Both the position numbers and the translations under genes were made by a program. Shown here in pieces: positions 40,849 through 50,800 of a stretch of 64,000 nt of DNA. The DNA lies in contig MHFR01000053.1 in assembly GCA_001804285.1 (NCBI GenBank), forward strand, positions 15,857-79,856, written 5' to 3'. Origin of the DNA: Candidatus Danuiimicrobium aquiferis. GTDB lineage: Bacteria > Omnitrophota > Omnitrophia > Omnitrophales > Danuiimicrobiaceae. The number at the start of each line of letters is the position of its first letter. Position 1 is the stretch's first letter. Under the pieces are notes generated by a model. It was not told the DNA's origin. It made no database searches and was given only the letters and a program-made list of their open reading frames with translations.

Positions 40849-40888
40849 GGAACGTATTGAAAAACCGCCTTTTTAAGGGATTTTAGTA

Positions 40889-40917
40889 AGTATACCCGGC
40901 CTTTCCCTAAAATGCAA
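40889..40917 (-). promoter_or_regulatory. sigma70-like promoter for giant gene 1: TTGCAT-N17-TATACT
   Basis: On the minus strand: ttgcat tttagggaaaggccggg tatact. The -10 lies about 40 nt upstream of the GTG start. The same architecture is found upstream of gene 2. Confidence 0.45.
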
Positions 40918-40977
40918 CTTTTATGAACAATTTATCGACAGCGTAAGTTGTTTGAATTAAATAAGTTATGAATTAAT

Positions 40978-41140
40978 AAACGAAAGGAGCGGGAGAAGCC
41001 TCCGCTTTAGCTGCGTTCGCTGGTTTCATGGCGAGCGGCCAAAGAAGAAACCAGCGTACTCGCTGCCGCTCGAGCTCAGCTTTGTGCTGAAAGCTTCGCC
41101 CGATCGAAGCCGCTTCGGCTTCCCGCCGCTCCTTTTTTAA
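40978..41140 (-). terminator. roughly 160-nt multi-stem palindromic structured element, likely a terminator/3' structure of gene 2 or a 5' leader structure of gene 1
   Basis: The outer stem gaaaggagcgggagaagcc / ggcttcccgccgctccttttt encloses inner hairpins (cgctggtttc/gaaaccagcg, agctttgtgctgaaagct, gaagccgcttcggcttc). On the minus-strand transcript a U-rich run follows. Confidence 0.4.
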
Positions 41141-41175
41141 TGCTTCAAACTACTAAATTTATCCGCATCTTTTGG

Positions 41176-41280
41176 CATCCTGCAAGAAGTGTCTCATCCG
41201 CGAGTTCGGAAAAAGCGACGAAGTCTCCCTACATAGCTTTTTACGTTGTCCGAGAGGGGAGACACTTCTTACGGGATGCC
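41176..41280 (-). terminator. large hairpin immediately 3' of the gene 2 stop (stems ggcatcc.gtaagaagtgtctc / gagacacttcttgcaggatgcc)
   Basis: An inverted repeat of about 22 bp separated by about 60 nt, starting 24 nt after the TAA at 41304. It lies directly upstream of the 40978-41140 structure. Confidence 0.35.
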
Positions 41281-41303
41281 TTAAACTTCAAAACGGTATG
41301 CGC

Positions 41304-41850
41304 TTACGCGGCTTTGGCGAGAGCATCCTTCGCGGCTTCTTCGAGAACCAAGCGGAGAGTCATGGCAAAGAATTGATTGAATGCATTGGCATTCACCCCG
41401 CGGAAAATATTTTGTTCAACTTGTTGAATCCCGTCGATATCCTTTTTACTCAATAAACCCATTCCCGCGAGTAACAAACCAACCGGCGTTACACGATCAA
41501 GACCTTGATATGCGATTTTCCCTCCGCTCACATACGCATCTGCAGCCAATTTAGCCGCGTGTGCATTCGCCGTCTGAACCTGGTCTGTAATCACCACATT
41601 GGCATCTCGAGACGCATTCATCGGAAATAGTGAAATCTGATAAGTCTTGATATCTCCTTTTGTCCGGGCGCGGTTAAATTCCCGTTCAATCGGTACCCGG
41701 TAATCACGCTGAATACCGGGCGAAATAAATTCAAAACGAATATTAGAATTTAGAATGGCAATATTAGCAACTGTCTTTGCTAATTCACTAAAATCTTCCC
41801 GAAACTTGTCTGTCGTCTTATCATCGGATGTTATATAACCGGCGGGAATA
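41304..41850 (-). other. conserved C-terminal domain (gene 2 copy)
   Basis: NSNIRFEFISPGIQ...ANVVITDQVQTANAHAAKLAAD...VGLLLAGMGLLSKKDIDGIQ...LVLEEAAKDALAKAA. Confidence 0.5.
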
Positions 41851-44800
41851 AAAAATTGAATAATCGTCGGCTCAGTGATTTCCTGAATGGCCTTGACAAC
41901 ACCTTTCGCTACATTCACCGCCGCTTCCGTGAGCTCCGCCTTCATTTCAAGCTCAACGGTTTGCGCCTTTTCTAACAATCCGGCACTCTGCTGCAAGACA
42001 TATTGCTTCGTAAACTCAACAATGCGATCCAACTGTGTTTTGCCGGCGTTGTCCACCGACGATGTAAGAATTAATTTCACAAATTCGACCGGCAATCCCA
42101 TTTTCGAAAATTCCGCTTCGATCGTTTTTAGAACATTGTCGTTCGATACAACCTTTAAACCCTTCAACGTCTCAACCAATCCGCTGACGGACCCTTTCCC
42201 TTTCTCCTCAGCTTTTGCCAATTCCGATAAAATATCTTGTCTCATTCCATCAGTAAATTGTCCCGCAGACCTTCCATCCTTTATTGCAGCCTTCGAAGCT
42301 CCAAAAACCTCGTCCGCGCCCAAACTTCCATAAACGATCCCTTGCGCAATCGGCGACAAGCGCGATTCGGCCCTCGCTTGATGGGACACGGGAGATGAAA
42401 CACGAGACATGTGATCCTCTTGTCTCTTGCCCCTTGTCTCTTGCCCCATCCCAACGCGCGATTCGGAGCGAGTGGCATTAAACTCTTCAAAGACACTAAT
42501 CAAAACATTCTCTAATTCTTCCGCCGTGCTTACCGGTTTTCCCTCGCCTATCCGATTTAAAATTCTCTCGGTAAAAATCCGCTCAAACACTCCGGGATTC
42601 ATAAAATATTTCCCGAGAATTGATTGCAATTCCGTTATCAGGAAGTGTTTAGTTGCTCTTTTTTGGCCTGTATCTAATTGCCGGCGAATACTGGCATCTG
42701 CCGATCTCATATAGGGCCGAACTTGTTCGCGAATCACATCAAGATTTGTTGTGTTGGCCCCCAATTTCAAACGCAAATCTTTTACCGTCACTCCCGCCCG
42801 CGTCTCCGCGCGCACTGGCGGCGTTTCCTCTTCAGGAGCTGGTTTATTCATTTCTAATTCCCACCCAATCAAATCCCCCTGGCTATAAACAGGCTCTAGA
42901 CGATCGACTTTAAAACCGCTTTGCCTAACCATCTCCGCTAAGCTTGCTTTTTCTTCATCACCATAAATTCCCGCTTTTTCAATCAGTGCGCGAGCCAGCA
43001 CTGCTTGAGGCAAAGATAACGCATCTTTTTTCATAACGGTACTCATTGCTTGCATGTGTGCTCTCACATCATTTAATATAACGGAGTTCCTATGATGGAC
43101 GAGAAACATGGCTTTGCCACCCGGAACCAGCACACGATAAATTTCTCTAAGCGCCTGCTCTTTTAAATCCGCATACTCCCAGGCATTTAAAGATGTGACA
43201 ACATCCAAAGTTTCATCCTGAAATCCTTGCAATGTTTCAAAATTCATCTGGCGAAAATCAACAAAAGAAGGAACCTTGTCCGGACTCAACTCCGCCGCAT
43301 CAATCGCAGAAATTTGTGCATTCGAACCCAGGACTTCCCTGACGACTTTTGGCACAAAAAAGTTTCCTGTCCCGATATCCAATATGCGGATTTGTGAAGG
43401 ATTTGATTTATAATTTCCGAAAAACTCCGCGAATAATTTCGCTACATCCGGTCGATATTTTTCAGGCAAAGAACTCGCTTTCCCGTCTTTCCAAAAATCC
43501 GCCCAAAATGCCGGTTCTGTTACGTCCTGTCCCGTAAAACCTATAAATTCGTCCCCCGCCCGCGTTTCCGCCCTTGCGGCCGTTGGCTCCAAGGACAAGT
43601 TGCGCGCTTCGGAACGGAGTTTGACGCTGACGGTCATCTCTTCGGACAGATCGGAAATTGCGAAGACATTCATATATTCATCAGGCGAAAGCGTAATTCG
43701 ATCAGGATCGTCAATAGGAACAAACTCATTAACAATTTGAAATACCTTCGTCACCGGCGCGCCGTTCGATGTCACTGTTATATCTTTTTTCCGTCCATCA
43801 ACCTCTCCCATTTTGCCGATAAGCTGAATCGTATCTCTTTTCAGCTCAAGTTTAAAACTCACCGTGCCGGCGCTTTGAACCGTAATGTCCACTTCTTTGT
43901 ACATCCCGATGTGGGTCAGCCACCCCTCCGTAGCTTTTCGGTAACCACCAATATAATTTTCAGCAGAAGTCGGAATAAGCGTAAATCCGTAATCGTTTCG
44001 CGTCGCTGTCATATTATTGCCAAAAGACATCCCGGGAAAAAGCGCAGGATCAAACACATCAACGACCGTGGTCGGCGCCGGAGGCACGACAGGCGGCGTC
44101 ACGGGCGGTGTTACCGGCGGCTCGACAATCTGTGGAATTGGCCAACTGTCTCCGTTAAAGGGTAAAACAACGGGCGGGTTTGTAAATGGATACAGACTGG
44201 GCTCCTGCGATTCCATAGTTAGCAACCCGGCGCTTGTATCTTCGGTAAATATAAACCGCATTCCATCCGAATATGCGTTCGTAAAGGACCGTTCTGCCTT
44301 TAACGCAATGATCCGCATTCCCCGCATGGACAGTTCCACTCTCACCTTTTCATCCGTTCCGACGTACCGGCGCACACCATATGTAAAATCAAAAGTCCGC
44401 TGGATATCTGCCGTTGTGAGGCCGGTCAAATCCTCACGATAGGTCATCCCTCTTGAGTCAATATCATTCAACACAATTTTCTGCGCAATTTCGCCGAGAA
44501 CCGGCTCTGCCACACTGAGTTCGGCAAGAGTCGAATAGGTTGCAGTAGACCGAACCGGGTTGAGAGGTGTCAGTGTCCCGCGCTGCGGGTTATTGGCTAA
44601 AATATCCTGAACAAATAATCTCGTGTCGAGCTGCATCGGAAGAGAGAGATCTTCCGCTATAGCCGTGAGACCATTTTCATAGGGCTTGATCAACTGAACT
44701 CTTGTCGTCCAGCCATCCGGCGTTGTAAAAATCCGTAATGCATTGCCAATCTCAATCACATCCCCATCAACCTGAACAGACCACTTCTCGGGAAGTAACA

Positions 44801-47800
44801 AATCAGATCCATAAGGAATGCCGTACGCTTGAATTGCGCCATCGCCCGGTAAAATATGGGATCTCATCGCGAACAACAGAAAATCAAGAAAAGTAGAATC
44901 CCCGAGCTTTGCCTGCAAAACAGCCCGTTCTATTGACCCACGACTGCCATACCCATAGGAGGTTTCCATAATCATCGTTTCGATTTCAATATCGGAATCA
45001 TATGAAAATCCGTAAACATCCGCAGCGTTGAGGAGATTTGTTTTAGCGGCCTGAATCAGGGTTTTCCTTTTCTCATCTCCCTTGCTATCGATATGCTGCC
45101 AAAGATGCTGAGCTTCATGAAGAACCACCCAATTCAACAAAGAGTGGCTCGCGATTAATTTTGCCATGCGCGCCCTGCCGTCTTTCTCGGCAAGTTCTCC
45201 CAAATCTCTCTGTCGCGCTCCCGTGGTAATCCTGCGCGCAGTCGCACCCCCTGCTTTCGTTTCGGCAGGCTCATTATTTGTATACAAATTCAGTTCGCCT
45301 AAATTCGATATGCCTCGGGGAACTGATGCGGCTGCGTTCGACCATGACTCTGTCGGTAAAACCAAAACCTGCGATATTAAATGCAACAGATGGGTCGGAA
45401 TTAATTTTAATCCATCGATTAACCATACCTTCTCCTGATCCCCTAAACGATAATTGCGTTTGTCACCTTGATAATTATGATATAATTTTATTTCGTAACC
45501 ATTTACGTCAATCGTCTCTGCTCCCTGACTCAATATAAAAGCCCGCGCTTCGTTGTAAATATCTATCGCTGACGGTTCCGCAGGTGCTTCTGGTGTTCCT
45601 GGTGTTTCTGGTGCTTCAGGCGTTCCAGGTGCGACAGGCGTAACCGGCGCCGGCGCAATGGCTGCGCCCGCTCCGCATCCAGCTGCCAATGGCAATATTG
45701 CTGCCACCGCAGATAGCATCGCAAATCCAATTCCACGCAAACCCTTTGGCCCGGGTTGCTTCATCCGCGTCTGCCCGCCGACGCCTGTTTGGCGGGCTTC
45801 CGAACGGCCCACTGAGCGGCCTAACAAGCCGCCGACACCGAAACGTTCACTCAGAGGGGTCACCGCAATCGGCGTGGTACTCAAGGGGTGCGGAGAACGA
45901 GCTCGCATCGCTGCCTCCTCTGCTTTTCTTCTCTTCGTACGATCTGCAATCCCTGTGGTCTTCATCTCTGCGTTGGCGAGAACGGGACTAAAAATATCGG
46001 GTGTGAAATTCTTGCTGCTTGTCAGGACGAGGCGTTGAATATCGGGTTCGGGGGAAACATGTTCGCCGGCTAATTTGTTCCATTCGGAAAAAACGCGTTT
46101 CACAAGGTTTTCAACTTCCTCATCAGATGAAGCCAGCAATCTTTCGAGAATCCAGTTGGCCCGGCGCATCCGTTCCCAATAACTCGTTTCCGTATCGCCT
46201 TCGACCTGTGTCAGGTCGAGTTCTTTCCGGAAATCTTCCTTCTTAGCGCCCGGTTTTTCTTTTTCATACAAAATCATTCCCATTTGATTGAATAGCTGGA
46301 TCAAATTAATCGCGTAAATGAGATCTCCCCACTCCGCAATTGCCTGATTGGATGCGGGAGGTTTGGGAAGCCAGTTAGAGGTCCCGTCAGGCGCTTTGAC
46401 CTCCGCGTAAGGAATCCGCCGGCCAAATCTATTCTCAACGACGGTGCGTGCCGTCAACGCAAACACCGAAAAACGGGCACTACTTGTGGCCTCCTTTTGG
46501 CGGGCATCTAAATACAAACTCGGAAACAGGCTTGCCAAGAACGAGAGGGCTTCGTCCATATAATTATTGCGCAAGAATTCCGTGGTCTTCGACAGAGCTT
46601 GCCCCGCCACTTTGTTTTTCTGCCCGCCCATAAAATGCTCAAATTCATGAATCAGAGTGTTCCCGGACACTCTTCTGCCAATCTCTTCGCGGGCGAGTGT
46701 CGGGATTTCGGCGTGAGAACGAATTGCATCCTCCATCCGCGAAAAATAATCTTTAAAATCCCTTCTGTATCCCTGTACAACAAGTGACATTATTTCGTGA
46801 AGTTTTTCGCGTGGATATTGGGACTTCCAACTCGAGGCGTTTGGATCCACTTTCCGGCGATCGGCCGTATAGTCCTCGTCAAGCACGTCAATCACCCTAT
46901 CCAGCATCTCGGTTCTGTCCTCTTCGCTCTTTCCGCTTTGTTCAAAATCGGCCATGATTTTCAGCAAACGTTCTGTTCGCGTCACGAGCTCGGCAATGGA
47001 CGCATTATCGACCAGCACCATATCCGAACTCAGGTCGTAATAAGCCAGGAACATTTTCGGGCCGATCCGCATGACGGGAGTCACGTAAGCGACTCGGAAA
47101 TCCTGTTTTTTAAATTTCGCGCCGGGCGTTTTTGCCGGATCCTGCACCCATGATTCGTAACGGGTGTAGCGCAAAAGCTGATAATTCCATCTGCCGCTTT
47201 TGGTCTTGGAAGTCATCCTCGTCAAATTAATCGCGTGGAAAGCCTCGGAATAATCCGCTGCCATGATTGACGCCGGCTCATCCGGATTTTTCGCTACATC
47301 CTGGAAAAACTGATCGATAAATCCTCGAAGATCCGTTTTGACCGTTTGCCCTTCATCCTCGCCCCAGGCGGAAAATTCTAACGCATCAATTAATTCGCTA
47401 TGCAGCCTTGCGACACCAGAAAGTTCATTTATTTTCTCCGTTTGTTCGACCTCGAGAGGAATCGCCGCCATAATAGATTGCGCCAAAAATAAATCATGGG
47501 TTCTCGGATCTTGCATTTGCTTACGCGCAAACTGGGAGGCGCTCACACCGGCCGCGGGCACGTCTTTGAGCATCGAATCGGCCACCAGCAGCGCACCGGA
47601 AATAAGAATAGACGTTTTCTCTATAAGTTCCCACGTTTGATCCGGATTTAATTTTTCCTGTTTCGCAAATGTTTTGACGGAATCGGATATTTCCGCCTTG
47701 AGATCTTTTAAGTTAACTTGAAATTCTTTCACTCCCGTTTTCAGCCCTTGTCCGAGCAAATCAAAAACCAGGCGGTAAGACAAATGAGAAGTTTTCTCGT

Positions 47801-50800
47801 CGCGACGCATCGGGACACCGGCCACAATGAAATGGGCCACTTCACCGCTGTTCGCAATTTGGGAGCACCCGGAGATAACCAGCCCAAACAATCCGCCCGC
47901 ATATCCTGCATATTTCATGAATGTTCTTCGATTTACCCCGCGTGTGGCAGTTGTCGGAAACTCAAACGTAACAGGTCTCGCAACTGCTCCGGCCGCCATC
48001 ACATCCGAAGTTCCCACCATCGGCGGTGCCTTCGGAAGCGCCATCCCCATGCTCTCCGCCACCAGGCGCGCTTCCGACCGAGGGCCCTTTGGGCTTGTCG
48101 GCGAAGCAGGAGTGACTGTGGTGATCGATGGAGAAGCGGGATTTTGCGCCGGAGTTGCAATACCTGGTGTCGGCCTGATGGCAAGAGGCAACGGATTCGC
48201 CGGAGATTGAATCGCCAATCGCGCCAAATGATTCAGATAAGCCAAATCCCCCATTAGCTTAAAAGCAGCTTCTTCGGGAAACGCTTGAGGACTACTCATA
48301 AGTAATTGCAACACCAACCCTGGATCTTGAAAAGATTCCAGAACCACCGCGGACACAGACCTTTTTGTAGCTGTTATCGAAATTCCGTCAGCCTTACCGC
48401 TTAGTAAATCAGCTGATAATGCCGCAATCAACGTACTGCTCCAATCAAACACCTTTTCAGCCATGCCCGGTTTAAATTCGAATCCTTGCGGCACGCGGGC
48501 CTGCCTCGCCAACGCTGTTGGGCGAACTTCGGAGCGGGCTGTAATAATAATATTTGTTCCTTCTTGTCCCACTTCGTAGGCTCTGCCTTCTTCCCCAAAT
48601 CGTGGATCTGTTGCCGACATTTTCATTTCAATAGCCTGATTGACGTTGCCAGGAGGTACAAGTAGATTCAGATCTGTTACACTTTTCTCATCCCCGCCGT
48701 CCCTAAAAAACACACCGACTTGATTGGGCATCGTACTTGAGGGCCTTGCCATAACCGTTTCTCGGATTCGCTCGTATATATCACGGGCCATTCTGCCCAC
48801 TCTCTTCGAAGGAACCGTTTGCCGCGTTTCCGCCCTGAATTGAGTTTCGGGTTCCGGGTTTAAAGTTTCGAGTTGAGCTGTTTGTCCTGACTCGGGACTC
48901 GGAACTACGGGCTTTTTACCGTCCTTTAGAATAAACTCGGAACTTTTGCCGGGGCGCGCCAAATCCGCCTTGATGGCCCGGAGCTTTTCCAAGATGTCGG
49001 GAAAAACGTCGGACGCTGTATTATATTTTGGTTGTTTTGGATTTGCCGGCGCCAGCATTTCCTTCTGCATTTCTTCGGTTATCGCGAGAAGCCGCTTGGC
49101 TTCTTCGCTTTCCGGATCATACTTGACGAGTAAATCGGGATTCTTTCCAAGCGGATTATTCACTAATTTCGCCCACGCAAAAAGGTCTAACGACGGTCCC
49201 AAATCCCCGTCTCCCTGCTCAATGGTGGGAGAAGTCATTTTTCCGTTCACCTTGACAACTTTTTCGTTGAAATCACTTTGAACTGCCGAAATCTCTCTGA
49301 GATCCATCAAAAACGGGAGAATCTGATCTGCCGCCTTTTTCAAAATGGGATTATCGCCCACCCTGTTAGGATCTATGGTGGCGCTCCCCAAGTCGACTAC
49401 CCCAACGCCGTCCGGCGTCACGGCGATGTTATCGCCCCGCAAATCATTGACCGAAATCCCGATCGAATATAAAGCCTCCACAAGCTCCATCAACTGGATC
49501 GCAAAATCGAGCTGGGAAATTTTCTGGCCTCCGTCGCGAAGCCATGTCCGGCTTAATTTAATCACAATTTTCTTCGGAGGCTTTCCTTCTCTTGCGATCT
49601 CCCCTTCCTCTGTTCCCATGGGTCTGGGAAATAATTTCGTGAATCTCTCGAATTTTCCGCCGCGCAGACCTTTTTGAATTTGATCGAGCATCCGGAGCTC
49701 CCAAACAAGTAACCCCGGCAACTGTTCTTCCACCCTGAGCCTGGCTTGCTCAGGCACATCCCCAGGCGCTACCTTGCCCCGTTTTGAAAGAAGCTCTTCC
49801 ATTTCTTTGAGTTCAGGAACATATTTCGCGACGACTACTTGTCCTGATTTCTTATCTACTTCCAAAATAACGTGATTCGTATGGCGTGTAATCGTCGAAT
49901 CCTCTGCCAATGGCAGTTCCATCCTTCGCGCTGAAGCATAATAGTAGGGCTGGCTTCCGGGAACCGGAAACCCAAACACGGTTTTCTCAACCTCTGTGAC
50001 CTCGCGGCTAATTGTGAATTCATTCCGGCCCCTGAACTGTTCGATTTTGGCCTCCACCTCTTGCTGAACTGCTGAAGCAAATACAACTTGTCCGCCCAAT
50101 CCCAGACGGTTAGACATATGGTCTATATTCGTTTTCTCTTCCTCAGGCGTTTTTGCGGTCTCGGCGGCATCCAAAAATAAATAATCCACCTTGCTCTGGC
50201 CCTCTACGTTAGTTGCCCAACGTTGCCCATACTTCCTGAATTCGGGATCCTCTTTATTGAATTTATCGATTAACGCGCGACGCAACCTCGGGATGCTCCA
50301 CCGCTGGCGAGCTAAGCGGGCAAAATGAATCATCGTCCGGATCGTCGATGGCAACCAGGGACGGACCTCTTTGCCAGCTGTCCCAAGAGGTCCGTCCCCG
50401 ACTTCCTGCGAAGGAGTGCTTGGCGCAACAACCGGCGGCACCTGAATTTTTGCCCCAGCAGCGGTACCGTTTGATCCCGGCCGCACCTGCGAGGACAGGT
50501 CGCGCGTTTTGATTAATGACTGTTCAGGTTCTATCAATTGGTTGCGCGTTTCCGCGCGAAGGAAAACGACTTTAGCTCCTGGCAATAACATAATATCTAA
50601 GTTACTATTACGAAAATCATACCCAACAGAAAAATCATACCGCCCGGGGAGCACGGTAAAAGTTTCACCGTTTGCATCCTTTGTTGGACCGCTTACGAGA
50701 ATTGAAAATGGCTTGTTGCGGAGCCCGAGCCGATCCACTATTCCATCGAGAAAGTAGTCGAGCCAGATATTGCTATCTATCGTAAATTCCTCTTCCCGGG

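Larger units (their letters stand above)
38800..40600 (-). other. conserved N-terminal module shared with gene 2; possible TraB/GumN/TIKI-like (ETTG-superfamily) domain
   Basis: RLVIYLQDAHANYDSETNI, LVLLEGGEGELDSLLF (about 40330-40380), RRDEVLF and AVIVTGGFHSEGLTKK (about 38950-39000) resemble the TraB/TIKI motifs (GTxH, conserved E, GxGHL). This module is punctuated by several in-frame repeat insertions. Confidence 0.35.

Noticed and set aside
1495-40848. CRISPR array as an explanation for the recurring palindromic repeats
   Set aside because: The repeats are irregularly spaced (hundreds to thousands of bp apart). They belong to several unrelated families and lie inside a continuous ORF in frame. 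There are no regularly sized spacers and no adjacent cas genes.
1495-40848. The 39-kb ORF as an assembly chimera produced by repeat collapse
   Set aside because: The frame stays open across about 50 or more repeat insertions. Genes 1 and 2 align colinearly at both termini and across several internal modules. Promoter and terminator signals sit exactly at the ORF boundaries. Long-read confirmation would still be prudent.
40849-41303. Small ORFs 41140..41376 + and 41172..41456 + in the gene1-gene2 spacer
   Set aside because: They span the structured palindromes and run antisense into the gene 2 C-terminus. They are most likely non-coding.
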